DNA from: Octopus sinensis
Lineage: Eukaryota
Direction: 5' to 3'
Assembly (NCBI RefSeq): GCF_006345805.1
Contig: NC_043009.1
Location: forward strand, 24,490,001 to 24,554,000
DNA length: 64,000 nt
In this document: positions 41,761-56,990 of the stretch, in pieces
How positions within the stretch are numbered: position 1 is the first letter of the stretch
Layout of the letters: the number at the start of each line of letters is the position of its first letter
Notes under the pieces: generated by a model
What the model was told of the DNA's origin: nothing
Databases searched by the model: none
Seen by the model: only the letters and a program-made list of their open reading frames with translations
Translations under genes and position numbers: made by a program

Positions 41761-42467
41761 GCCTGGTTTAAACTTACATTGTTTAATTAAGGAGTGTGGA
41801 ACTACCTCGAGAAAGAATTTTTCCCGCGTGAAGTAGCATCTGCCACGGCTTCAACTATAGGTGAATCAGTATGACACCAAAGTACCTCCTGTAGAAGAGC
41901 GAAATAACGGATCAAGAGCAGATATCGCACCTGAAGTCTTTTGCTATTCGTCTAAGAGAAAATAATTCCGTGGAAATCCTGCCCCCTTATTACTACATTG
42001 CTTGTCATACTCCTTTCATCAGAAGATAGACGTCATAGAGGATCTAGTTCTACACGAACCATGCCCATTGTAAAATTTTTTATTCTGTAGGTTGTTCAGC
42101 GAACCAAGATACTGGACCAAACACCGTCACATCTCATCAGAAGCCGAGTGACGGAAAGAAAAAATGACGACAGAAATCTTCATGTTTCGAGCAAAACACT
42201 GGCGGTCTTGGCCTGGAGGTCCTTTTCCACAGGCGTGGAAAAACTATATCTGTGCCTTCTGGAAAATGTTACTTAGAGACAAGAACGATACACACACACA
42301 CATTCACATACACCCCCCCACACACACACATACACACACACACACAAACACACACACAACCACATATATATATATATGTTGCGTGTGTGTATATATATAT
42401 TGATAGATAGATAGATAGATAAATAGATAGATTGATAGAAAGATAGATAGATAAATAGATACATATA

Positions 42468-42559
<92 letters not shown>

Positions 42560-42760
42560 GAGACAGACAGACAAATAAATAGATAAATACATACATATAC
42601 ATATATATATACATATATATATACACACACACACACAAACATATATTTATATATCCATCTTTCTGTCGGCTTACATATCTCTTTCTCAATATGCATATAT
42701 GTGTGTGTGAGTGTCTGCGTATCTGTGAGTGCATATGTGTACAAACGATATATATGTCGA

Positions 42761-42796
<36 letters not shown>

Positions 42797-42823
42797 ATGT
42801 ATGTATGTGTGTGTATATATGTA

Positions 42824-42861
<38 letters not shown>

Positions 42862-42961
42862 CATGTATGTATATGTAAGAATGTATACACACACACACAT
42901 ATTAGTCTGAATATAAGGTCCGTATATTTGAATATTTCTCTACATCTATCTTTTTCTGCAG

Positions 42962-42995
42962 ATCTATGCATAATGGATATAGAGACGATGAGTGA
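42962..42995 (+). CDS. Candidate terminal coding exon ((R)SMHNGYRDDE*)
   Basis: Strong acceptor TCTTTTTCTGCAG; phase-compatible with 38111-38198; an alternative frame ends at 43038. Confidence 0.33.
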
Positions 42996-43783
42996 GGGGC
43001 CGGGTGATTCCGAGGAGGAGCAAAATACGGATCATTAATGGTAATAACTCCAAGACAGACACTTGGAGAATCGTGACAGCCAAATCGGCATTGTACTGAG
43101 TGGCATTCGTTGGTTGTTCACTTTGGTTCTTACTTTCGTTCTTACTTTCGTTCCTCTGTTGTTTTGTTTGGCCCATTGCCTCGATCGGTCGTTTATAAGA
43201 CCACTAAAAATATCTGTCGAAATGGAAAATGATTTCTCATGAAAAATATATTGGAAACATAGAGGAATGGTGGCAGAAAAATATTTCAGTTAAGCTGGAA
43301 ATTAATTCTACAATATCCTCCTGATTCTATGACAAGTTGTTAATAAAGAATGAAAAATTACTTTCTTGTAATGTGTTGTTCGGCGAAAATCGCCATAATA
43401 TTAAGATCTCTCGCATAGTTGGAATTATTACATCAATAATAATCCAAGTGTAGTGTGTAATTTAATATTGCCACCAATGTTCTGCTTCAACGGTTCTTGG
43501 CAACAACAAAAACAAAAACAAAACATATTTCCAATTACGGTGTTAGAAGCAGTAGCAGTAGAAGGAGCAGCAGTAGCAGCATAAGGAGGAACTAAAAGAA
43601 CAGCGGCGGCTACGACAACAACATTACCAACAACACCAACACCAACAACACCACCAACAACTAACGGAATATTAATAACATCTTTGACAGAGGAGCAGGA
43701 AAAGAAATAAAAAGGAATTGTCGAATATATACGTGTGCTTAAGAATGTATGAACATATACATACATTCAAACATATATGTATA

Positions 43784-43845
<62 letters not shown>

Positions 43846-43985
43846 ATATATATATATGCACACATAAACGCGCATACACGCACACCCATATATGCATACA
43901 CCAAACATATGCGTTTCTTTCCTGTACGCGCTAAAGCACCATTAGTTGGTTTCCATTCACTTACATGAATACATATGCGCGCGAT

Positions 43986-44063
<78 letters not shown>

Positions 44064-44221
44064 TATACATACATAATTATAAAACATACGTACACAACAT
44101 ATAAACCGAGCCATGCTACAGGTATCATGTAATGGAGGAGAATGTATCCTATCACGCTGCTTGTAACAAGAACTGTATTATCCGTGAATATTATGCTCTC
44201 TCCGTTCTGCATATACGTGCA

Positions 44222-44253
<32 letters not shown>

Positions 44254-44670
44254 ATCATGCACGCGTACATACCTAGACATACACATACATACAACATACT
44301 TAGATAATTCATACGTGGACAACGAGAGACAGAGAGAGAGATGACGAGAGAGAAATTGGAAGGGGGAGAAAGAAAGGAACACAGTCAGAGAAACAGATAG
44401 ACAGATAAGTAGACTTCTTGATAGATTTTGTGTTGCGTCGATTTTAAAAAGCAGGAGTCTAGTTTCTCGGTCCATTGGGCAAGCCGCATATTAATTTAGC
44501 GCTTAAAAAGCGATTCTATTCACGAAATTTCCAGGTAGAATTAGCGTGGAAGTCTGTGGTGTGGTGAGATATTTGCATTCCAAGTAGGATTCTTCCAACA
44601 GTCTTTTGCCCTTCTTTCGTCTACTCAAATTTATTTAAGAGGCTTGTGTGAAATAGAGACTAGAGCGAAG

Positions 44671-44832
44671 TATCTACTCACGACAACATGCGAACCGGAC
44701 TATTTCGCGACCTTACAACAGACGGGTAAACGTTTTATCCAATCAACAAACCACCGTTGATTGGATAAAACGTTTACCCGTCTGTTGTAAGGTCGCGAAA
44801 TAGTCCGGTTCGCATGTTGTCGTGAGTAGATA
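44671..44832. repeat. Perfect hairpin, 77-bp arms, 8-nt loop
   Basis: 44671-44747 equals the reverse complement of 44756-44832. Confidence 0.96.
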
Positions 44833-45051
44833 GGACTTATTAGGCTGTACGCATATCAACCGTATGGCGGGAAATGGCTAAGTACAATAGCATATATTTC
44901 ACAATGAGTTATAACAAACATGGAGGTATCATGCGTTAGTAGGATGTGTATATATGTAGATATGTGTGTACCAAATCCAATTTAATACGTAGGTACAATT
45001 CAGTTTTATTATACGAGCGGCGTAGGTATAAAAATGAAGAACACAAATTGA

Positions 45052-45137
45052 GTTTAAACTTTACGACAGCTGTTTCGGTAGAATTTTACTGATTACATCA
45101 TAGCATCAATCCACCATCTTCAGGTAAAAGTTTAAAC
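45052..45137 (-). ncRNA. Type I hammerhead ribozyme motif with intact core
   Basis: P1 GTTTAAAC(T)TTTAC/GTAAAGTTTAAAC; CTGAAGA+T; P2 GGTGGA/TCTACC; GAAAC-AGCT-GTC. Confidence 0.8.
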
Positions 45138-45205
45138 AGGTATGAACAGCTTAGGTAAAACCTTGATGATGACATATCTAAACACATATTGCATACTTAC
45201 CCACA

Positions 45206-45465
45206 TATGGGGGCTGCTGAACGGTTCCTAGCTTTAGGGGATCACGAAAAGGCTTGGCTGGAAACCAAACATTCCGAGTTTGTTTTAAAGGGCTTAGAGA
45301 AACTGAGAGACCGCTACAATAGGTGTGTCAATCTGAGAAGAGAACATGTGGAATAAAATCATGATTACCTGACCACTACTGCATTTTCTTTTACCACACA
45401 CACACACAAACACACACACACACACACAATACACACACACACACCATATAATATATTATATATAT

Positions 45466-45518
<53 letters not shown>

Positions 45519-45590
45519 ACGTATATACGAGGGTGCTGAATTAAGCCTGTCTTTTGGTAAAAGAAAATGCAGGAGGGTCAGGTAATCATG
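45206..45590. mobile_element. mariner-derived non-autonomous fragments
   Basis: KGLEKLRDRYNRCVNLRREHVE* resembles a mariner transposase C-terminus; inverted terminal piece at 45526-45590. Confidence 0.6.
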
Positions 45591-46407
45591 TGTGTGTGTG
45601 TTTTCATATTTCTATAAATTACATGCAAACGTTGGTCCATTCAATATGTTAGCGAATGGACTTTATCAATCAAGAGAAAATGGGTTTTACAAAATTCCAA
45701 TAGTAGTAGTAGTAGTATAGTAGTAGTAGTAGTATAGTAGTAGTAGTAGTAGTAGTAGTGTATACACTCGCGTATTCATTTCTCTGCTTAACTAATCCAT
45801 AATTATAGTATTACCTAATGAAATTTTCGTTGTACTACTTGATAAGAAATATACGCGAAGAAACCCTCTCCTTGATACCCGGATATACAAAAGTAAAATG
45901 GAAAGTTTTTGTTTTTACATGCACACATTTTTGTACTTTCTAAATTCCTACTGAATACAAATACAATACAAAAACAAAACATTCCATCAGCAATCACAGA
46001 AAGAAAAAGACAATCAACAAATAAAATTCACAACAGGGGCAACTGTAGTTGTAGATTTATTGTAGAATCGAGAAAAAATGTAGTAGGGAGAACTTTGAAA
46101 GAACTATCAGTGTTTTCTTACCGAATCCAAATCATTAGAAGGCAAAGAAAATGAATATTCCCCAGAAAATATGGATCTGAGCAGTATCTGACAAGAGAAG
46201 ACGTCTAACACTTCAAGATATCTCGGAAAAACTTCTCACAACCGAGGAAAGAAAGGTTGTGAGGGACTATCAGCTGTTGTTTCATGCTGAAGAATTAAAC
46301 AAAGCAAATGCTGAAATTCTTAGATATAAACATCTCTGACCCTATACATGTAATTCTCTACACCCCTAAATTTGCCGGCCTGGTGGCAAAATTTAAAAAA
46401 AGTACTA

Positions 46408-46582
46408 TTATCATCTTTTTCATTTTCACCATTACCACCACCATCATCATCATCATCATCATCATTATCATAATTAACATCATCCTTACCCGCTTCTTCT
46501 TCTTCTTCTACTTCCTCTTCTTCTTCTTCTTCTTCTCCTTCTTCTTTTTCTTCTTCTTCTTCTTCTTCTTCTTCTTCTTCTT

Positions 46583-46662
<80 letters not shown>

Positions 46663-47038
46663 GGAGAGTTGGAAAGAATCGTTAGCGTGCCGGCCTAAAT
46701 GCTTAGCAGTATTCTCTCTGTCTTGACGTTCCGAGTTCAATTCCGCTGTGGTCGCCCTTTCCTTTTATCCTTTCGGGGTCGATAAAATAAGTATCAGTCA
46801 AATACTGATGTCGATGCAATCGACTAGCTCACCACCACCACCACCACTATCACCACCACCACCACCGCCATCACCACCACCATCATCATCACCACCACCA
46901 CCACCACCACCACCACCACCACCACCACCATTACCGCCACACACACTCATTTTCAGGCCTGGCGTCGTTAATAGAAAGGTTTATTTTTACTATTATTATT
47001 ATTATTATTATTATATTATTATTATTATTATTATTATT
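46408..47038 (+). mobile_element. SINE family B copy embedded in CAT/CTT/TTA/CCA microsatellites
   Basis: GTTAGCGTGCCGG..GAGTTCAA..TCCTTTCGGGGTCGATAAAATAAGTA at 46665-46830. Confidence 0.75.
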
Positions 47039-48146
47039 GCCTCCTACTTAACGTAATTTTAGTGACAAATCACATCACGTCCAACTTCCGACCATAATAC
47101 AAAAACGTTATATATGACACAATGTCAGCAAACAGAGAAAAAAATCCTGGAAGGTTTCCTCTTAAAAATCATTGCATCTCTCTAGACGGAGGACATAAGG
47201 AAATCAATCTTAATTTCTATAGAAATTTATATATTTTTCCATCGTCTGCTTTTGTAGTTACGTATTTTATTTAATTAGACGAAACGGTTTATATTCAATA
47301 GATTGATTTATTATTTTCTATCATCCACTATTAATGTCTGTCTTGATTTCTACAACCAATTTTTTCTGGGCGAATAAAAAAATCAGACCATCAGACATAT
47401 TAATATATTTCCTTCCAAAGTTCTTTTATTTTGATTAGGAATCCACCACCTTCAGCTGTCGTTTTTGTTGTTATTGTGTTGATGGCGATAGTAAAGGCGG
47501 TTGTTGATGTATTTTATTTTGCTAGGGTTTGTTATGCGCTCTTTTCCACGAACATCGTTGCTCTCTATTGAATGAGTCGTAAAACGCCAAAATGCGCAAC
47601 AGGAAAATAAAAGAAAAAGAAAATTCATTCAGCGAATATTCTCGGCGGAGAATCGGGGGGTTTGGTCTTGTATGTCATTTATTCTGAGAATTGTTCAGCA
47701 GTTGATTTTAAAGATGTGTAGCCGAGACGTTTACTATGCGACAATCTTAGGAGTATGGGAAGTGTTGTGTTGCAGCTAAACAGCAATTGCATTAGTCGGC
47801 CATGATTGGGAGATCAGGATAATCAAAAAATTAAAGAGTTCAAATCTGGATGCTTTAGTAAGAAGAATTCAAGGAATGGAATAACTATTGTTATGTGTTA
47901 TATAACGGTTATTATGCTATGTAATTAATTATTTATTTAAAAATCAATATTCTGATGTCACTATCTCTAACTCTCTTTCTCGAATTTTTCTCTCACACTC
48001 AGTACGTATCTTCTTCAACCAGCCACAACAAGATATGTTGACACGCTTCACCACGCCTTCGCAGCAATACTCTGTACACACGTACCCATAATGTACATGG
48101 AAATATAAGTATTTAGACATGAGTGTATATTTTTTATCTATACATG

Positions 48147-48205
<59 letters not shown>

Positions 48206-48209
48206 TAAT

Positions 48210-48851
48210 ATAATTCTTACCAATATGTCATTTCCATACCGAAAAATCTACTAGGTGAAATTTATTAATTTTATTAAATTAATTATATTTCACCCTTTTT
48301 GTATATTGAATACTATTACTCCCTTACAATAAATCTGCGAAACTTCGTTTCTTTGGTAATATTTTTGTAACTCAAATGGTAATTTTGGAGGGAGATACGA
48401 ATTCGCCTGTTTATATAAATGGAGAGATGTTAGCGGACCGTTAGATCGTTCGATGTCGCCTGATCGAGCTGGTGTAATGGGTGAGTTTTTTTCCTAGCAT
48501 TTCTAGATTTATAGGAAATATTATATTGACAAGGAAATGAACTCTCGGTTCTAATCCAGAAACGATTCGTCTATAGTTAATCCAATAGGCTGGGATTTCG
48601 TTATTTTCTTTCTCTTTACCATATACGGGTTACAAATTATGTTTGTTTGTGGAGACTTTTTTATTAGTAGGACAAATAGTGATCTATTTGGCTGGTATTT
48701 CTAATATTTTCGGTATGTGTTTTTGAGCAACTTGTTCCAATTAACCATTATTATAATTAATAAATTCTTACCAAATATGATCTTTTCCATACCTAAAAAT
48801 TTACTAGGTGAATTTATTAATTTTATTAAATTAATTATATTTCACCCTTTT

Positions 48852-48858
<7 letters not shown>
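48210..48858. repeat. Diverged ~95-bp direct repeats (48210-48305 / 48762-48858) around unique sequence; probable PLE partial tandem
   Basis: AATTCTTACCAA..CTAGGTGAA.TTTATTAATTTTATTAAATTAATTATATTTCACCCTTTTTGTATA occurs twice; both ends of the block abut (TA)n. Confidence 0.65.
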
Positions 48859-48908
<50 letters not shown>

Positions 48909-49995
48909 ATATAATATATATATATACATATATATAATATATATATACCAGTTGTATACTGGGGTCGATGTAATCGATTTAGCCCGTACCCGAATTGCTA
49001 GCATTGTGCAAAAATTGGAAACTAATATCAAATCCTTCCGTGGTCGACTTTACATTTTGGGTTTGATGCGGTCTAGATATAATCTTGTTCCCCAAATTTC
49101 ATACTGTATAAAAGTCAATATATTCCAAACTCATCTATGGAATCTGCAGTATTAGCTCCTTCATAAACATGATACGCCATTCCACGAACGTTCAAAATTC
49201 CAGATTTATAACCTACCAACACCTAATGCATAGGAAAAATTCAGGTCATAATGAATTCTTCACTTTAAGCAAGAAACACTAAGCAAATTTTCCCTATTCC
49301 CACCACAGCAAACAATAACGAAGTCTAATTGGGATCAAATGGCAACTCACTAATCTGAATAGTAATTAAATCAATGGTCGAAAGGTCGAATGATGCCATC
49401 ATCTAGACCTTTAAGATGATGATCAAAGTTTTAAAGTTCGCTTATATCGGTTTTAAAAATTATGGATTAAATTATGAAATGAATTGAAAATTATTTCATC
49501 AGTGCTAAATTTGATGATATTAGTGCAAAGGGAGGTGGTGGCGGGAAATATGCAATTAGTTTAGTATTTAATTAGCTACGGGAGTTAATTATATCAACAG
49601 CAATGTTCTCATAGGTCCAGGTGTGAATATGGTTAAGTAGCGTATATATGTGATAAGGTATGAAGCTTAATGGAACTATGAGAGGGGCGTTCGGTCTTTG
49701 GCATAACAGTTACACATTCCTGTTTGATTGCACTCATACAAAACTACCTATATAAATACAGAGATATATGCATAGCCACATACAAATATTTACACACACA
49801 CACATATAAAGGTGTGTGTATGTCTGTGTGTGTGTGTGTGTGCGTATGTGTGTGTATGTGCAGAAACACACAGACACAGGCACACACACACAAAATCCCG
49901 AACATACACATAAAAGTCACAACAGACATGGAAAATGCTATGCATTTTATAAATTATATATATCTTATATACCGTAAATATTTAGCATATGTATG

Positions 49996-50047
<52 letters not shown>

Positions 50048-50127
50048 ATATTATATATATACATAAACATACATATAAATATATATACATATGTATATAT
50101 ATATATACATATATATATACACACACC

Positions 50128-51685
50128 ATTTACTTCCTCCCCAAAATCCACAAACCCAACAACCCTGGCCGCCCCATCGTCTCCGCCTGTAACTGCCCCA
50201 CGGAGCTCATCTCTAAATACCTCGACCGTGTCCTTGCCCCCCTAGTGGCATCTCTTCCCTCCCACATCCACGATACCAACCATGCTCTCCGGCTTTTCAA
50301 CTCTTTCTCCTTTCCTCCCGGCTCCTCCAAAATCCTTTTTACTATGGACATCCAAAGCCTCTATACTGTTATCCCTCACCACGAAGGACTGCAGGCCCTT
50401 CGACACTTACTTGACCTCCGCTCTAACCCTGTACCTGACACCTCCACACTCATTCGTCTGGCCGAACTTGTCCTTACTCTGAACTGCTTCTCGTTCGCGG
50501 GCGAGTTCTACCATCAGGTCTCGGGAGTGGCCATGGGAACGCGAATGGGCCCCAACTATGCGAACCTGTTCGTTGGCTATGTTGAGGCCCAAATATTCTC
50601 TAATTTCACTGGTCCCACTCCTGAACTATATGGTCGTTATATTGACGACATTATCGGTGCCACCTCACTCTCCCGCGAACATCTAGATTCCTTCCTCTCT
50701 TTCGTCCAATCTTTCCATCCAGCCCTCCACTTCACTTCCACTATCTCCAACACCTCTGTCTCCTTCCTCGACATTTCGGTTAGCATTCTTCACTCCACTC
50801 TTACCACCTCCATTCACTAGAAACACACAGACTCACACTCATACCTCAACTTCTCTTCCTCCCACCCAGAACACACCAAGCTTTCCATCCCCTATTCCCA
50901 ATTCCTCTCCTTCTACGTAGGCTCTGTAGTGACGACCATGACTTTGAGACTCAGTCTCAACGTATGGCTCACCACTTCACCCTACGTGGATACCCCCTCA
51001 CCACTATCCACACCGCCCTTGCCAGAGCACGGTCCGTGGACCGTGTATCTGCTCTCTCTCCCCGAACCCGCCCTGTAGTCTCCCGCCTCCCTTTTCCCTC
51101 TCACTTACCACCCCACGACCCTACGTCTCCAACGCACCATTCTTCGAGCTTTCCGTCATCTCCAGTCCGACCCGTCCACTTCACACCTCTTCCCTAACCA
51201 CCCTCCCCTCTTTCAAACGAGCCCACAACCTTCGAGACCTTTTGGTCCATAGCTCCTTCCCTGACCCTACCTCCTAACCCGGCTCGTTCCCCTGCTCCCG
51301 CCCACGTTGCTGCACTTGCCCTTACCTCTCCAACACCACCCGCCTCACTAGCACCCACCATCGACCCTATCCCATCATCCACTCCTTCACCTGCACCTCC
51401 AGCAATATTATCTATTGCATTTCTTGCTCTCTCTGCAATTCCTTGTACATCGGACAAACGGGACGCCGCTTGGCTGACCGGTTCGCGGAACACCTTCGTG
51501 ACATCCACCTTGCGAACGACACACACCGGTCTCACGCCATTTCCGCTCCACCGGTCACTCCTTGCAACACCTATCTGTGTTCGGTTTGTCCTTACACAGA
51601 GGCCATCCGGATTCCCGTTTGCGCCGTGAACAGGAATTAATCTTCTCTCTTCGCTCTTATACGCCCATTGGTCTCAACTCTCCCC
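50128..51685 (+). pseudogene. PLE reverse transcriptase + GIY-YIG endonuclease, disrupted
   Basis: YFLPKIHKP..GRPIVS, MDIQSLYT, GVAMG..PNYANLF, RYIDDI, FLDI; linker CSRPRCCTC; NIIYCISC..C..LYIGQT..RFAEH; TAG at 50818-50820 and frameshifts. Confidence 0.92.
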
Positions 51686-52034
51686 CCTCCTCATCTAACC
51701 CCCCTCTCTCCCCCTCCTCACCTATCCTTTCTCTCCCCCCGACCCCTACTTCTTCAGTCCTTCATCCTTTCACCCCCTACTCCCCTTCCCTTCTTCCCTC
51801 TTTCTCCCTCCCTCTTCCCCTTCCCTCTGCTCCCTCACTCCCTCTCTCCCCCCCTCTCCCTCTTCCTCCTTCATCCTCCTCCTCCCCTTCCTTCTCCCCC
51901 ATCCTCTCCTCTTCCCCCTTCTCCTCCCCCTCTTCCCCCTTCTCCTCCCCCTCTTCTTCCCCTCGCCTTCTCTCCCCCCTCTTCTCCTCACTACACCACA
52001 TGACTTTACACATCACATCACATATGATGTGCCA

Positions 52035-52372
52035 TACTAATACACACCCCAACTAATACATACTAATACGTACTAATACATACCAGTACATACTAATACT
52101 TACCCAACCCTATACATACACACGTCCAGACCCCGCCGCATACGCACTTATACTCTCTCACACACACACACACACACACACCTATACATACCAATACGTA
52201 CTAATACATACTAATACATACTAATACATACACCAACCCATACATACGCACGTCCAGACCAATCTTACGCACTAATACTCTCTCATACACACACACACAC
52301 CACACACCCTTATACATACTAATACATACACAACCCTATACATACACACATCCAGACCCCTCCCACGCACTT
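52035..52372 (+). repeat. About 120-130-bp minisatellite, ~3 copies, in the PLE 3' UTR
   Basis: Repeated CTAATACATA..CACGTCCAGACC..ACGCACT..TACTCTCTCA. Confidence 0.75.
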
Positions 52373-52542
52373 TAGCTGGTCCCTCAACCCATTTATCAAC
52401 CCTATTATCTCCCCTTATTTCGCTCTCGCGTCTCATGTTTGATCTTTGACCTCTGGCCGAAATCAGATCGCCATGTTGATTCGTTAGCTACTGCACGCAT
52501 TTTTTTTCTCTCCTTCTTTCTGTGTTTTTCTCTCTCTGTGTA

Positions 52543-52580
52543 TCTTTCTGTTGAAGAGCGTAGGCTCGAAACGTTAAAGA
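52543..52580 (+). ncRNA. Minimal hammerhead-like variant in the PLE pLTR
   Basis: P1 TCTTT/AAAGA; CTGTTGA+A; P2 GAGC-GTAG-GCTC; GAAACGTT with palindrome AACGTT. Confidence 0.55.
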
Positions 52581-52822
52581 CTTGTTTTATTTATATATCC
52601 TGAGCGCCATACTAATACAATTGTTCGTTTGTTTTCCACCTGCCTTCGTCTTTTGTTTATTTTCATAAAGCTTCCCGTAACATATATATATACATATATA
52701 TATATACATATATATATATATACATACATATATATATATATACATACATATATATATATATATTTATATATATATACATATACATACATATATGTATATA
52801 CATACATACATACATACATACA

Positions 52823-52855
<33 letters not shown>

Positions 52856-53190
52856 CTTTACCCACAAGAATATCGTTGCTGCTGTAATAATAATCTCTGC
52901 TGTCTACTACGAATATGACAATACTACTGCCGGCGTGATTACTACTACTACAACTGTTACTAATACTCGTATCATAAGAAATAATAACAAATGATACTTA
53001 TGCGGTTTGCCGTTCAAGAAACAGCGATATCACATCGGCATGCTATTGTCTTAAAACTACACGCAGCTGAAACGTCTCGGATCATAGGTCGGCTGTGTTG
53101 GTGCTTGGTGCTTACCTGGAGCATTATGACAAGAATAGTGACAATTACTAATAGTTATAAATACTTCTGCTACTGCAAATACTACTACTA

Positions 53191-53245
<55 letters not shown>

Positions 53246-53349
53246 TGGCCATGCAACTGTCAAAACTCTCTGGTTGTTACTTGGCTGTTATTTGTAATAA
53301 AGTAAAACAGAGGCAAAATAAACAAAAGAATAAATATAATATCGATAAT

Positions 53350-53562
53350 GGTTTCAAATTTTGCCACAAGGGCAGCAATTTTGTGGGAAGGAGTGAGTCG
53401 ATTATATCGACCCCAGTGTTCAACTGGTATTTATTTTATCAACTTCCAAAAGGATGAGGGGCAAAGTCAACCCTGGCGGAATATGAACTCAGAAAGTAGC
53501 GACGAGCGAGATACAGCTAAGCACTTCGTCCAGTGCGTTAACTATTCTGCCAGCTCACCGAC
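53350..53562 (-). mobile_element. SINE family B
   Basis: Reverse complement of the head and core seen at 34979. Confidence 0.75.
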
Positions 53563-53635
53563 TTAATAATGATGATAATAATAATAATAATAATAATAAT
53601 GATAATAATAACAACAACAACAACAACAACAACAC

Positions 53636-53933
53636 AACAAGAGCATTCAGAGAGCGCAAACCTCCACCAAGTAAACACCAACGTCGACTCAACGATTAGC
53701 CAGAGATGATTTTTAAATGAGAATATCTGAAATAAACTCGACTGCTCTCACAAACGAGAATACTAAAAATGAATCCGTCCGCTCTCAAAAATTAAGTTAA
53801 AAATAATAAACGAAAAAATAATCCAGAATCCTTGTCCTGTAGCGGATCGATCTCAAAATCTAATCAGTCCGTGCCAATCACGAGGCTAAACATACCTGAA
53901 AGTTTCATCCGAATCCATCGAGCGGTTCTTGAG
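53636..53933. mobile_element. Helentron/HINE-like non-autonomous repeat, copy 1
   Basis: Shares about 250 bp with 56300-56550; starts AACAAGAGC; AAGTTTCATCCGAATCC motif typical of such elements (inference). Confidence 0.55.
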
Positions 53934-53934
53934 T

Positions 53935-54137
53935 CCTTTCTACTCTAAGTACATGGCCTGGAATACGGGGAGGGGTACGTCGATTACATCGACCCCAATA
54001 CTCGGCTAGTACTTAATTTATCGACTCCGAAAGGATGAAATGCTAAGTCGAACTTGGCGGAATTTGAAAGTAACAGCAGACGAAATACCGCTAAGCATTT
54101 CGCCCGGCGAGCTAACGATTCTGCCAGTCTGCCGCCC
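53935..54137 (-). mobile_element. SINE family B
   Basis: Reverse complement of the family B head, core and tail. Confidence 0.8.
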
Positions 54138-54172
54138 TTATACTAATAATAATAATGATGATGATGATAAAA

Positions 54173-54234
<62 letters not shown>

Positions 54235-54283
54235 AATAGTAATAATAATAATGATGGTGATGATGATGATGATGATGATGATG

Positions 54284-56057
<1,774 letters not shown>

Positions 56058-56061
56058 TAAA

Positions 56062-56116
<55 letters not shown>

Positions 56117-56117
56117 T

Positions 56118-56250
56118 AGAGTCCTGAAATTTTGGGCGTTAGGATGAGTGGATTACATCGATCCCACTATTGAATTGGTACTTCTTTTATCGACCCCAAC
56201 CGATGAAAGGGAAAGTCGGCCTCGGTGGAATTTGAGCTCGGAACGAATAT
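56118..56250 (-). mobile_element. SINE family B fragment
   Basis: TGGTACTT..TTATCGACCCC..GATGAAAGG.AAAGTCG..GGAATTTGAGCTC. Confidence 0.7.
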
Positions 56251-56299
56251 GTGTGCTTATGTATGTGTGGGAGGATGGGGTGCGCGCGCGTTCTTGTGT

Positions 56300-56630
56300 G
56301 CAAATATCCACCAAGGCAAAACCAGCATCATCTCAATGATTAGCCAGAGTTGATTTTTAAAATGAGAATATCTGAAATAAACTCGACTGCTCTCACAAAC
56401 GAGAATGCTAAAAATGAACCAAAAAAAATAACGGAAAAATAACACAGAATTCTTGTCTAGTGCCGGATCGATACCAAAATTTAATCGTTTCGTGCCAGTC
56501 TTGAGGCCAAACATCGCTGATAATTTCATCCGAATCCCTCCGGCGGTTTTTTAGATGTCTTGTGCAAGGACAAACAAGCACACAAACACGACTAGAAACA
56601 ATAGCTCCGCCTTCGCTGTTGAGAGGAATT
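56300..56630. mobile_element. Helentron/HINE-like repeat, copy 2
   Basis: Homologous to 53660-53930; ends with an ACAA tract and a CTCCGCC..GAGG hairpin remnant. Confidence 0.55.
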
Positions 56631-56990
56631 CTTTGGGCTTTGGATAATAAACCGCTGGGAACATGGGTGTTTCGTTCAACATCCTTAAATAACCCTTATT
56701 CAGAGATCTTCTTACCGGGACAGGCTGCTGGACTTGAAGAAAATTCAAGTTATCTTGGTTATCTTGATATGAGATGACAATGTCACGCACATATGTTTAT
56801 GATGCATATGCCTGGTATACTCTTATCATAATGGCAGTCATGATGGGTATAGTGGGCTTGGTATATTTTACCCGTGTCACTTTCATGGCATGCAGTGCTC
56901 TCTCATTCACTCAATAATAATAATGATAATAATAATAATAATGATGATGATGATGATGATGATGATTATGATGATGATGATGATGATGAT

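Larger units (their letters stand above)
50128..52679 (+). mobile_element. Penelope-like element (Neptune-type), 5'-truncated
   Basis: RT + GIY-YIG remnants, CT-rich tract, minisatellite and 3' pLTR with hammerhead-like motif; both ends in TA-rich microsatellite. Confidence 0.92.

Noticed and set aside
42015-42200. Two minus-strand CTGATGA motifs and a GAAAC
   Set aside because: No supporting helices; compatible with chance.
47435-47465. Minus-strand CTGAAGGTGGTGGA resembling the 45 kb hammerhead
   Set aside because: Core is mutated and no matching GAAAC/helix III half was found.
52035-52372. CRISPR-like repeat-spacer pattern
   Set aside because: Eukaryotic minisatellite with homologous inter-repeat segments; no cas genes.
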